Assembly (NCBI GenBank): GCA_963662465.1
Contig: OY759599.1
Span: 5,792,001-5,856,000, forward strand
Length of the DNA: 64,000 bases
Direction of reading: 5' to 3'
DNA from: Desulfatiglandales bacterium
GTDB lineage: Bacteria > Desulfobacterota > DSM-4660 > Desulfatiglandales > Desulfatiglandaceae
The position numbers and the translations under genes are program-made. Below, one piece after another: positions 50,035 through 58,843 of the stretch. The notes below the pieces were generated by a model that saw only the letters and a list, made by a program, of their open reading frames with translations, did not search any database and was not told the origin of the DNA. Position 1 is the stretch's first letter. Each line of letters begins with the position of its first letter.

Positions 50035-51003
50035 TTAATCTGCCTCTTCTTCCTTTCTTAATCTCGGGTCCAACACTTCATCCATGGCGCGGCCCAGCAT
50101 GTAAAAAGAGAGGGTAATCAATGAAATGCAAATCCCCGGCGGAAGAAGCCAGTAAGGGGCTTTGAACATGTATCCGGTTTTCCAGACCCATTGCAGCATC
50201 ATGCCCCAACTGACGGTTCCCGGGTCGCCAAACCCCAGAAAAGCCAAAGATGCTTCAATAATGATGGCGGAGGTGACCCGGAATGTCATAAACAAAAATG
50301 CCAGAGGTAACACATTGGGCATGATATGCCTGAAAATAATCCGGAAATGGGATGCCCCCGCCATCTTGGCCGCTTCGATAAAGGGCCGTTGCTTGAGGGA
50401 CAGGGTTTGACCTCGAATCATCCGGGAGACGCCCGGCCACCTGAACAGGGCGATGATCAGAACGATGGTCCAGATGTTGAGTTGACCAAAAACCGAAGAG
50501 ATGATCAACACAAACAACAATGTGGGCATGACCATGATCATGTCGGCCGTTCTCATGAGGACCGTATCCATGAATTTGCCCATATATCCGGCTGTCATGC
50601 CAATGGCCGTTCCCAGGACCACGCTCATGAAGGCGGCTGAAACGCCCACCATGAAGGCAACGCGTGCGCCCGCCAGGAGTTGACTGAAAATGTCTCGGCC
50701 CATGAAGTCCGTCCCCAGCCAGTGCTGCCAACTGGGCGGCGTACAGGTGGAAATTTGTGGGTCCACCCCGGTCATGGGATTGTACATGGGGTTAATCCAC
50801 GGCGGGATATAACTGCATACAGCCATTAGGGCAAACACAATCAGCAATGTCAGGCCGATTCGGCCTAGAAGACTCTGCTTGAATATGGCCCACCCATCGA
50901 GAAATGAATTGAGCCAAAGAAAGCGTTCACGGACGGTTCTTTCATTGTTTGCAGGGGTTGAGGTCATTGGTTCCCGCTTTAGTATCTTATTCCCAGGTTT
51001 CAT
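50035..51003 (-). CDS. Peptide ABC transporter permease (OppC/DppC-like; start may be 50967)
   Basis: HWLGTD..GRD, EAA loop, HIMPN, SWGMML, LDPRLR. Confidence 0.93.
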   Translation of the reverse strand: MKPGNKILKREPMTSTPANNERTVRERFLWLNSFLDGWAIFKQSLLGRIGLTLLIVFALMAVCSYIPPWINPMYNPMTGVDPQISTCTPPSWQHWLGTDFMGRDIFSQLLAGARVAFMVGVSAAFMSVVLGTAIGMTAGYMGKFMDTVLMRTADMIMVMPTLLFVLIISSVFGQLNIWTIVLIIALFRWPGVSRMIRGQTLSLKQRPFIEAAKMAGASHFRIIFRHIMPNVLPLAFLFMTFRVTSAIIIEASLAFLGFGDPGTVSWGMMLQWVWKTGYMFKAPYWLLPPGICISLITLSFYMLGRAMDEVLDPRLRKEEEAD

Positions 51004-51004
51004 G

Positions 51005-51050
51005 AACTTAAAACTTAAAACCTAAAACTTAAAACCGCGGCTTTGCCGCG
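51005..51050 (-). terminator. CGCGGCAAAGCCGCG hairpin plus TTTTAAG heptamers between the permease genes
   Basis: Starts right after OppB-like stop; same family as 18029. Confidence 0.5.
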
Positions 51051-52028
51051 TCAGTATCTGATTCTTGGATCAAGGTAAGCGTACAGAACATCCACCACCA
51101 GGTTGGAAATCAACACCACAATGGCGATTAACAGAAAAGAGGCCTGGGCCAGGGGATAATCGTTCTGGCTGACCGAAAACACCAGTTCCCGACCAATGCC
51201 GGGCCAGGTAAAAACCGTTTCCGTAAGTGCCCCCCCGTTGATGGAAAAGGCCAGGCTCAACCCGACGCTGGTGACCACCGGAAGCGCCGCGTTGGGGGCG
51301 GCGTGTTTATTCCGAATGGTTTTTTCATCGAGGCCCTTGGCCCTTGCGGTGAGAATATAATCCTCTTTAAGGGTTTCCAGCATGCTGCTTCGCATGATCA
51401 GGAGATAAGCGCCGAAATGGATCAGAAACAGGGTGGAGAGGGGCAAAACCATATGGTAGAGGACGTCGATGGCTTTGGCAAAGAAACCGCTGTCGGGGTC
51501 CAGCCATACCTCTTCCGAGATCATGCCGGTAATGGGAAACCAGCTGAGCTTGTAGGCGAAAATCCAGATGAGGATCAACGCCAGCCATGGCAGAAAGAGC
51601 GTGTGGGTCACCAGCGCTCCCACGGTCATGATGCCGTCGGTTTTTTTCCCCTTGTGCCAGGATGCTATTTTGCCCAGGAAAATACCCACCAGGGCGGACA
51701 GAATAATGGCGGTGGTAAACAGCAGAACCGTATTGGGCAGTCGTGCCCATATGATGTCTACCACCGGCTCTCCATAGTGGAACGAATAGCCGAAATGACC
51801 CGTGAAAAAATTTTTCAGGTATATGAGATACTGTACGCCCAGGGGTTTGTCGAGCCCCAGCTGAACAATGAGGCGTTGTGAATCCTCGGGCGTCATGTCC
51901 GGGTCCACCATTCGAGAAACAGGATCCCCAGGCGCCAGTCGGAACAGCAAAAACAGCACCGTGAGAATCACAAAAAAGATGATGGTGATCTGGACCAGCC
52001 TGCGGGATATGTACTTTTTCAGTTCCAT
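51051..52028 (-). CDS. Peptide ABC transporter permease (OppB/DppB-like)
   Basis: PGDP, GLDKPL..QY, TARAKGL, ETVFTWPGIG, LDPRIRY. Confidence 0.93.
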   Translation of the reverse strand: MELKKYISRRLVQITIIFFVILTVLFLLFRLAPGDPVSRMVDPDMTPEDSQRLIVQLGLDKPLGVQYLIYLKNFFTGHFGYSFHYGEPVVDIIWARLPNTVLLFTTAIILSALVGIFLGKIASWHKGKKTDGIMTVGALVTHTLFLPWLALILIWIFAYKLSWFPITGMISEEVWLDPDSGFFAKAIDVLYHMVLPLSTLFLIHFGAYLLIMRSSMLETLKEDYILTARAKGLDEKTIRNKHAAPNAALPVVTSVGLSLAFSINGGALTETVFTWPGIGRELVFSVSQNDYPLAQASFLLIAIVVLISNLVVDVLYAYLDPRIRY

Positions 52029-52035
52029 GTCAATT

Positions 52036-53772
52036 CTACATGGGTTTCAGCAGGCAGAAGGACCACAGATTTCCAACGCCCCCAAGCATCTGGACCCAGC
52101 CCGTGAATTTGCCTTTCCTGGCCGCCTCAATGAGTTTCGGGTTATACAGGGGCATATAGGGCACATCGCCCATAACGATTTTCTGCATTTCCCAGATGAG
52201 CTTTTGCCGTTCGTTCCGGTCCATGGTTTCCGCCGATTGGTTTGCGATTTTGTCAAAAACCGGATTGTTGTAACCACTCATATTCCAGCCTCTGGTCTTG
52301 TCGTTTGTTGAGAGGAAAAAGTTTCGCAGGTAATCGGGATCCAGGGAAAGGCTCCCGTATCCCAGAATGAACGCTTCAAAATCCCGTCGTACTTTCACCT
52401 GCTCGATGAGGGCGCCGAAGGACATGGGTTTGGAATAAGCGGGGATCCCCAGCATCCTGAGCCATTCCTGCATCATCATGCCGCACATGGCGCGATGGGG
52501 ATCGTAATCGGCCGGCGGCGTCAGAATTTCAAATTTTCCCATGAGGTTCCCATCGGGAAGCATGATCCCTTCACCGTTCACCACATTTCCCGACCCGTCG
52601 ATGGGGGGGATCTGCCAGGTATAACCGGCGTCCGAAAGGATCTGGTACGCCTTCTTAATGCGGCCTTCCCGATCAAGGCCCACCCCGTATTTGGGGACGT
52701 CCGGGCAGTACCAGAAGGCGTTTCCGGGGGGAATAATGGAATACATTTTTACGCCGTACCCCTGGAGAATCCGTTTGATGATAAAGTCCTCCCCCACCAG
52801 GGTTGCAGCGGCCCGCCGCAGGTTGACATCATTAAAGGGTGGTTTTCTTACATTAAACCCTAAATAATAGAGGGCGCTTTTTTCGTTTGTGAAGACCTCC
52901 ATGTCGGGGTTTGCTTTCAGATCTTCCATATATCCCGGTTGAATTCCCCACCAGAACATATCGACGCTCCCCTTTTTCAATGCCAGGATGGCGGCATCCG
53001 AGGTGCCGTAGACCTTAAAAATGATCCCGTCGATGTAGGGACCCAAAAGGTGGTTGCTGACGGTTTTGCCGGAACCGAAAAAGAACGGGTTTTTTACCAG
53101 GTAGAGGTAAGCGCCCGATCGCTGGTCTTTCAGCATGAAGGGGCCGCTGCTGACAGGTGTTGTGACCTTGTGCCGCAACAGTGTCCGAAGGGGTTTTTCC
53201 GTCCCCTTGGCTTCTTCAATCACGCTCTCCCATTCCTTTTTCTGTACAATGGGCGTGGTGAGCGTTCGGGTGACAAAAATGGCTTGGGGTTCATTCAGGT
53301 AGAATTTTATGGTTTGCTTATCCGGGGTTTCAATTTTTTTGATAAATTTCCATTTGGAAAGATACCTGGGGACCTTAAATTCCTGGATAAAACGTCCGGT
53401 AAAGGCCACATCTTCGGAGGTTAATTCCGTTCCGTCCGACCATTTGGCGGGTTTGAGCTTGATGGTGTAACAAAGGGTCTTTGGATCAAATTCAGGGGGG
53501 GAAGCCGCCAGCCAGGGGATGAGATCCAGCGTCTTGGGATCCCTTACGTAAAGGGGTTGATAAATCAGACCCAGGATTTTCAATGACCACCGATCCCCGG
53601 CGGCCCATATGTTCAAGGTTTTGGGTTCCTCTAAAATGCCCATTTTGAGTGTATCCGCGGCGGAAACGTCTGAGCCTGAAACATGGATGCTCCCCATCAC
53701 CATCAGGACACCCAGGATCGATATGATCCACGAACGAAACAACCTGGTTTTTCCCCCATCTTTACGGCTCAT
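52036..53772 (-). CDS. Peptide ABC transporter substrate-binding protein (family 5)
   Basis: Signal peptide; KWSDG..LTSEDVAFT, SGPF, PPFNDVNLRRA. Confidence 0.92.
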   Translation of the reverse strand: MSRKDGGKTRLFRSWIISILGVLMVMGSIHVSGSDVSAADTLKMGILEEPKTLNIWAAGDRWSLKILGLIYQPLYVRDPKTLDLIPWLAASPPEFDPKTLCYTIKLKPAKWSDGTELTSEDVAFTGRFIQEFKVPRYLSKWKFIKKIETPDKQTIKFYLNEPQAIFVTRTLTTPIVQKKEWESVIEEAKGTEKPLRTLLRHKVTTPVSSGPFMLKDQRSGAYLYLVKNPFFFGSGKTVSNHLLGPYIDGIIFKVYGTSDAAILALKKGSVDMFWWGIQPGYMEDLKANPDMEVFTNEKSALYYLGFNVRKPPFNDVNLRRAAATLVGEDFIIKRILQGYGVKMYSIIPPGNAFWYCPDVPKYGVGLDREGRIKKAYQILSDAGYTWQIPPIDGSGNVVNGEGIMLPDGNLMGKFEILTPPADYDPHRAMCGMMMQEWLRMLGIPAYSKPMSFGALIEQVKVRRDFEAFILGYGSLSLDPDYLRNFFLSTNDKTRGWNMSGYNNPVFDKIANQSAETMDRNERQKLIWEMQKIVMGDVPYMPLYNPKLIEAARKGKFTGWVQMLGGVGNLWSFCLLKPM

Positions 53773-53792
53773 TTATTACCCTCCCTGTTTTT

Positions 53793-53862
53793 GGCGGGGG
53801 CGAAAAATCTTCCACCCCCGCAAACATGGGCGAAAAACCTTTCGCCCCTACAATGCCCCTAC
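53793..53862. repeat. GTAG-type REP doublet; its GTAG provides the TAG stop of the GshB-like gene
   Basis: Minus strand GTAGGGGCATT GTAGGGGCGAAAGGTTTTTCGCCC plus degenerate inverted partner. Confidence 0.75.
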
Positions 53863-54842
53863 ATTTCCGAGACTTTCCGTTCTATGAAATCAACCACCAT
53901 TGCTTCGATTTTTACGCCATCCAGGCGGTTAATCCTCGGAATGCCTCCGGGACTCAGACAATTAATTTCTACCATCTTATTGTCTATAACGTCAACCCCT
54001 ACGAAGAACAGACCTTCTTTTCGCAAATCGTCCCTGATTACGCGGCAGATGGCGCGATCCCCGTCCGTAATGTCATGTTTGTAGGCCTTGGCCCCGGCAT
54101 GGATATTGGTTCGAAAATCCCCTTTGCCGGGTTTTCTCCGCATGGCCCCTACAATTTCCCCATTGAGCAGCAGTATTCTCACATCGCCGTTTTTTTTAAC
54201 ATCATCCAGGTATTCCTGAACCATGATCGGTTCTCGTTCCGGGTATGCGCGATAGGCCTTCACGTAGTAATTGATCAGGGAATTCAAATTTTCCTGATCC
54301 TTGAGACTCACTTTGATAACCCCTTCTCCCCCATACCGCTGAAGGGGCTTTACCACCATGGCGCCGCCGAAATTGTTGATGATTTTTCGAATCCGCGCCG
54401 GATCGCGCGACACATGGGTTTCGGGGATGATTTCCGGAAAATTGAGCATATAAAGCTTGCTGTTGGCTTTGATTTGGCCCGTCGTGTTGTTAATCATGAA
54501 CACTTTGTCGCTGACCGACGACAGAAATTCCATGGTTTGATAAACCAGGGGCGGGTTTTTTCTCAGGAAAAGCGCGTCCAGGTCCGCGATGGTCTCAAAT
54601 ATCAGTTCATCTTTCTTGAGACACTGAATCAGGCTTCGCCAGTATTTTTTCATGGTCAGGTTCGGCGAGACGGTGATGTTGCGCATCCTGGCCACGACTT
54701 TATTCTCCCGAATATAAATGTCGTGGGGTTCCAGGAAATAGACCGTATGCCCCCGCTGGTTGCATTCATACATGAGATGACTGGTGGTTTCATTCTCGGG
54801 CGCTATGGAAATAAGGGGATCCATCAAAAAGGCGATGTGCAT
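53859..54842 (-). CDS. Glutathione-synthetase-like (GshB family) ATP-grasp ligase
   Basis: FLMDP, LRKNPP, KPL..YGGEGV, QEYL, GDVRI, RTNIHAG, EINCLSPGG. Confidence 0.9.
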   Translation of the reverse strand: MHIAFLMDPLISIAPENETTSHLMYECNQRGHTVYFLEPHDIYIRENKVVARMRNITVSPNLTMKKYWRSLIQCLKKDELIFETIADLDALFLRKNPPLVYQTMEFLSSVSDKVFMINNTTGQIKANSKLYMLNFPEIIPETHVSRDPARIRKIINNFGGAMVVKPLQRYGGEGVIKVSLKDQENLNSLINYYVKAYRAYPEREPIMVQEYLDDVKKNGDVRILLLNGEIVGAMRRKPGKGDFRTNIHAGAKAYKHDITDGDRAICRVIRDDLRKEGLFFVGVDVIDNKMVEINCLSPGGIPRINRLDGVKIEAMVVDFIERKVSEM

Positions 54843-54851
54843 GAAAACTCC

Positions 54852-55724
54852 TTAGTTTTTGGTGGTCGCATAATGGATGATCTGTTCCGCAATGTCGATG
54901 CCGGTGGCTTGTTCGAGCCCTCTGAATCCCGGTGAATAATTAACCTCAATGACTTTGGGAACGCCATTTTTATCGATGATGATATCCGTACCCGAAATTT
55001 CAAGGCCGAGAGTACGGGAAGACCGCACCGCCAGTTTCGAAAGATTCGGGTTTAGCTCAATCATCTGCCCTTGTCCGGTGAGATGGATGTTGGTTCTGAA
55101 ATCCGCCGGACTCGGTTTCAGGGCCATGGCGCCCAAAACCCGGTCTCCCAGCACGAAAGCGCGAATGTCGGTGCGCCCTTCAGGCGGGATATATTCCTGC
55201 ACCAGAATCCCTCGCGTGTTATCTTGCAGGTTGTGCATGACAAAAGATGCCGTGGCCTGCGATGCTACCCGTATAACGCCGTTTCCCTGACGGCTGCTGG
55301 GCATTTTGGCCACCACGGGATACCCTCCCAATTGTTCCACGGCTCTTTCAAACCCTTCCCGGGTGACCACCAGGTATGAATCAGGGACGCTGATGCCGCG
55401 TGCCGCCAGGATTTGAAGCCCCATAAATTTATTTCGCGCCATTAGGATCGATTCAAACCCATTGACGACCCTGACGCCGGAGAGTTCAAAATGCCTGACA
55501 ACCGACAGGGCATAGTCGTTGATGGTCGCGCCGATCCTGGGCAAAAGGATATCCGGCAAACCATCCTGGGGCAACTGGAGCGTCGGTCGGCCATCGCGAA
55601 TGCAGGACAGGCAGTCCCTTGTATGGATGAGTGAAATTCCATGGCCTGTTTGGACCGCCGCCGCCATGAGTCTTTGGTTGGGATGGTATGCTTCATCCCT
55701 TACGCTGAGGATGCCGATGTGCAT
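54852..55724 (-). CDS. RimK-family alpha-L-glutamate ligase
   Basis: PRIGA, ARNK, QGNGV, DIRAFVLG, DFRTNIH, IEVNYSPGFRGLE. Confidence 0.92.
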   Translation of the reverse strand: MHIGILSVRDEAYHPNQRLMAAAVQTGHGISLIHTRDCLSCIRDGRPTLQLPQDGLPDILLPRIGATINDYALSVVRHFELSGVRVVNGFESILMARNKFMGLQILAARGISVPDSYLVVTREGFERAVEQLGGYPVVAKMPSSRQGNGVIRVASQATASFVMHNLQDNTRGILVQEYIPPEGRTDIRAFVLGDRVLGAMALKPSPADFRTNIHLTGQGQMIELNPNLSKLAVRSSRTLGLEISGTDIIIDKNGVPKVIEVNYSPGFRGLEQATGIDIAEQIIHYATTKN

Positions 55725-57478
55725 TATCTGATCCGCTTTTCCATTTGCTTAAGGATGGGAGAGGCGGATGGAACAGCGTGGGGATTGTCTCTGAGGGCCA
55801 GCTGTAACAGCCGTTTCAACCTGAAAAGTTCTCGTATCTCCCCTTGCGCATACCCTTCGCCCCTCAGCAATTTATAGATTTCTTCCACATAGGATTGGCC
55901 GTCGGTGAAGCTCTCGGGAATCAGCGACATCATTTGCATCAAAAGCCGGGATGCCGCCACCGAATCCATGGTCTCATGGGCCCATGCCAGACCGAGTCCT
56001 CTCAGGTTCAGTGCCGCTCGGTCCTCATGCACCAGGGTGTTTCCGGTATAATAGAAGAGATAGGGCTGATAGTAGGGAAGACCACTTTCGTTAATAAAAT
56101 CGATTGTCTCAAAAAATGTATCCCGGGTTTCCCCAGGATAGCCGATGATGAAACTGCCCCGGCTGATAATGCCCTGATCATTTAGCATGCGGATGGCGTC
56201 AAGAGACTGCTTTCGACTGAGCCGTTTGTCCATATTGTCTAAAATTTTCTGGCTTCCCGATTCCAGCCCCATATCCAGGAACTCGCACCCCGACTTTTTC
56301 ATGAGCTTTACCAGCTCGGGCGTCAAGGCGCCGGCTCGGGCAAATGACGACCATGTAAATGAGAATTTTTCATGGATCATCATTTCCAGGACCGCTTTGA
56401 CCCTCTCCTTTTTGGCGGTGAAGTTGTCGTCCGTAAACCGCACATGTCTCACGAAGCCCAGGTTATCGATGGCTTTCAGTTCCCGTTGAAGGACATCCAG
56501 AGACCGGTAACTCACTTTGGGAAACAACCAGTGGTAAGTGCAAAAACGACACCGATAATAACATCCTCGACTGCTGTTGACGGGAAGGGTGTGGCGCAGA
56601 TAGGCCCGTGGGATTTTGTCCCATAAAATGGCCGCCTGGTCCATGTGGATTTCTTCTTCAAGGCGGGGCGTGAAGACCATACGGCCCTTTTCATCAAAAT
56701 AGGCCAGATTGGGGACCGTGCTGAAATCGTTTCCTTTTTCAAGGGTTCCCAGCAGTTTCACAAGGGTCTGCTCTCCCTTTGCCTCCACAACGAATGCGTC
56801 CACCAATCCGTGGAACGCGGTCAAGTATTTCAGGGTCCCTTCTGTGAGGTCCGCCCCCTGGTGCAGCGCTTTTTTCACCAGCATGCCGCCGGCAATGACC
56901 GCAACGTCGGGCGCCAGGCGTTTGATTTTTTCGGCCATTGTCTTGATGTCGTTCATCAAGATAAAATTTGAGGAAATGCAGACTGCCAGGGGCGATTCCT
57001 GAAGCATCGTTTCCAGGTCATCCGTGGCGTAGTTTTGAATAATAAGGGGATCATACCCGTGGTCCGACAGGTATTGATGCATGTAAATCCCGTTTAAAGT
57101 TACCGTATTGGCCAGGGAATAATGCCGGGTCACATTGTCGGGGGTGATTTCCACAGGGCGACAGCCGGCCCTCACATAACCCATAAGATCCAGCAGATCC
57201 ATGTACCGCCCTTCCACAAACAGCAGGGAGGAGAGCGTATTTTCGTGTACCCGGCCTTGCATGGCGGGAAGATCCAGATCCGGAAACCGGTAAGATTGCC
57301 GTTTGGCCCGTTCCAGCGCGCCGATCATCCTTTGTTTTAGCTGGATATCATTATTCAGGGGCTGATTTTGCGCTATGAAAATAATTTTTGTACGGCCCAA
57401 GGGGGGGGTTGACCTCCAAAACGAGAAACGATGATATGGCGGCATGCTAGGGAAATACCGCTCCAAAGTCAATGACAA
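55724..57478 (-). CDS. B12-binding-domain radical SAM protein
   Basis: SRGCYYRCRFC, DDNF, GLESGSQ, IIGYPGET; N-terminal domain with VCISS, VIAGG; stop overlaps RimK-like start. Confidence 0.88.
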   Translation of the reverse strand: MSLTLERYFPSMPPYHRFSFWRSTPPLGRTKIIFIAQNQPLNNDIQLKQRMIGALERAKRQSYRFPDLDLPAMQGRVHENTLSSLLFVEGRYMDLLDLMGYVRAGCRPVEITPDNVTRHYSLANTVTLNGIYMHQYLSDHGYDPLIIQNYATDDLETMLQESPLAVCISSNFILMNDIKTMAEKIKRLAPDVAVIAGGMLVKKALHQGADLTEGTLKYLTAFHGLVDAFVVEAKGEQTLVKLLGTLEKGNDFSTVPNLAYFDEKGRMVFTPRLEEEIHMDQAAILWDKIPRAYLRHTLPVNSSRGCYYRCRFCTYHWLFPKVSYRSLDVLQRELKAIDNLGFVRHVRFTDDNFTAKKERVKAVLEMMIHEKFSFTWSSFARAGALTPELVKLMKKSGCEFLDMGLESGSQKILDNMDKRLSRKQSLDAIRMLNDQGIISRGSFIIGYPGETRDTFFETIDFINESGLPYYQPYLFYYTGNTLVHEDRAALNLRGLGLAWAHETMDSVAASRLLMQMMSLIPESFTDGQSYVEEIYKLLRGEGYAQGEIRELFRLKRLLQLALRDNPHAVPSASPILKQMEKRIR

Positions 57479-57499
57479 TGAGCCTCAAAACCGGCCTTG

Positions 57500-58516
57500 C
57501 TATGCAGCCGATCCCTCGGACATGGAAAGTATTCCCGCCATGTTGGGGTATTTATGAATGAATCTTCGGGACTCCATGTAAATGCGTGAATCCCTGGGTT
57601 CCTTGCGGACCAGCATGGACAGAATTTCCAGTGCCTTATCCGGGTGTCCGCGCAATTCATGGACCTTTGAAATACCGAGGCAGGCATATTTGTCATACCC
57701 GATGGCCATGGCCTTTTGGTAGTTGGCTTCCGCCATATTTAGATCGTTTAAGCGAATGTAGGAATCTCCAATCCGGCTGAGCCCTATCTTTCGGTCCATG
57801 CCGTTTTCCAACGCTCTGTTCCAGGCGCCGATGGCGGACGTGTATTCTTCTATTCCACGCAGGCAGTCCGCCTTTCCGTGCCATGCGTGCGAATTTTTGG
57901 GATTGATCTTGAGCGCATGATCGTAAAGCTGGATGGCCTTTTGAAAGGATCGCTTTTTTCGATGGATGTTCGCTGCCGCCGTGAGGACGACAACGGAATT
58001 GGGAGACACTTCAAGCACTCGCTCAAAAAAGCCAAGGGCCTCTTCATCGGCTCCTTCCCTGGCGGCAATTTGACCCAAACCCATCAAAGCATAGAGATCG
58101 TAAGGGTTGTTTTTGAGGGCCATGAAATAGTACTTTTTTGAGTTCTCAAAATCTCCTTTTTTCTTCAGACAATCGGCCACCCTCGTCATGGTCTTGTGAT
58201 CGTCGGGGCGAAGTTTCAGGCATCTGGACCAGGCGGCAAGGGCCTTGTCCAAATCCCTCAATCCCCGGTAGGCATCCCCCAGTCCGACGAGGGCATGCCA
58301 GTTGTCCTTTTCAATTGAAAGGCACTGTTGGTAAAAATCGATCGCTTCTTCAAACCGCCTTGCGCTTCGTTTCAGATCGCCAACGCCTACGAGGGCATAG
58401 GCATTGTTTTGATCCAGATTCAAAAGCTCCCGATAGGTTTCTTCCGCTTCTTTGAATTTCCCTTTCTTTTTAAGTTGATGGGCCAGTTTTCCAAGATCCA
58501 GCGCTCTCTTTTTCAT
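57500..58516 (-). CDS. Tetratricopeptide repeat protein
   Basis: About nine 34-aa TPR units; AAGGAG RBS. Confidence 0.9.
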   Translation of the reverse strand: MKKRALDLGKLAHQLKKKGKFKEAEETYRELLNLDQNNAYALVGVGDLKRSARRFEEAIDFYQQCLSIEKDNWHALVGLGDAYRGLRDLDKALAAWSRCLKLRPDDHKTMTRVADCLKKKGDFENSKKYYFMALKNNPYDLYALMGLGQIAAREGADEEALGFFERVLEVSPNSVVVLTAAANIHRKKRSFQKAIQLYDHALKINPKNSHAWHGKADCLRGIEEYTSAIGAWNRALENGMDRKIGLSRIGDSYIRLNDLNMAEANYQKAMAIGYDKYACLGISKVHELRGHPDKALEILSMLVRKEPRDSRIYMESRRFIHKYPNMAGILSMSEGSAA

Positions 58517-58541
58517 TGGGTGTTCTCCTTTAAAAATAATG

Positions 58542-58726
58542 GTAATCGTTCACAGGGTGCAGTTGTCAGGGTGCAGAAAAAAACAGCTTCAACCTTTATT
58601 AAAGCATTTTGCTTTGATCTAATGAAACCAACCCGCATATTTGAGGTAAATTTTTTCAATATCGGTAGATCTTCGAATTTCATTCTGCCCCCTGACAACT
58701 GTCCCCTGCCCCCTGTGAACGGTTAC
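58542..58726. mobile_element. Heptamer-armed element with GTAA(T/C)CGTTCAC ends enclosing a possible four-helix-bundle gene remnant
   Basis: Ends match 2317-2401; inner minus-strand frame from 58683 reads MKFEDLPILKK...GFI..SKQNALIK. Confidence 0.6.
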
Positions 58727-58843
58727 AAATAATGATAGTCCGTATGGTCTTTCATGGCAACCTGGAATTTTATGCTTTCCGGGTGGAAAAAAATAAAATA
58801 TGCTGACATCTCTTTTATGATAATTTGCGGAAGGATATAAACC

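Noticed and set aside
58517..58843. RiPP (graspetide) precursor peptide for the ATP-grasp/radical SAM cluster
   Set aside because: No short ORF with an RBS and leader/core pattern seen; the short ORF here belongs to the repeat element
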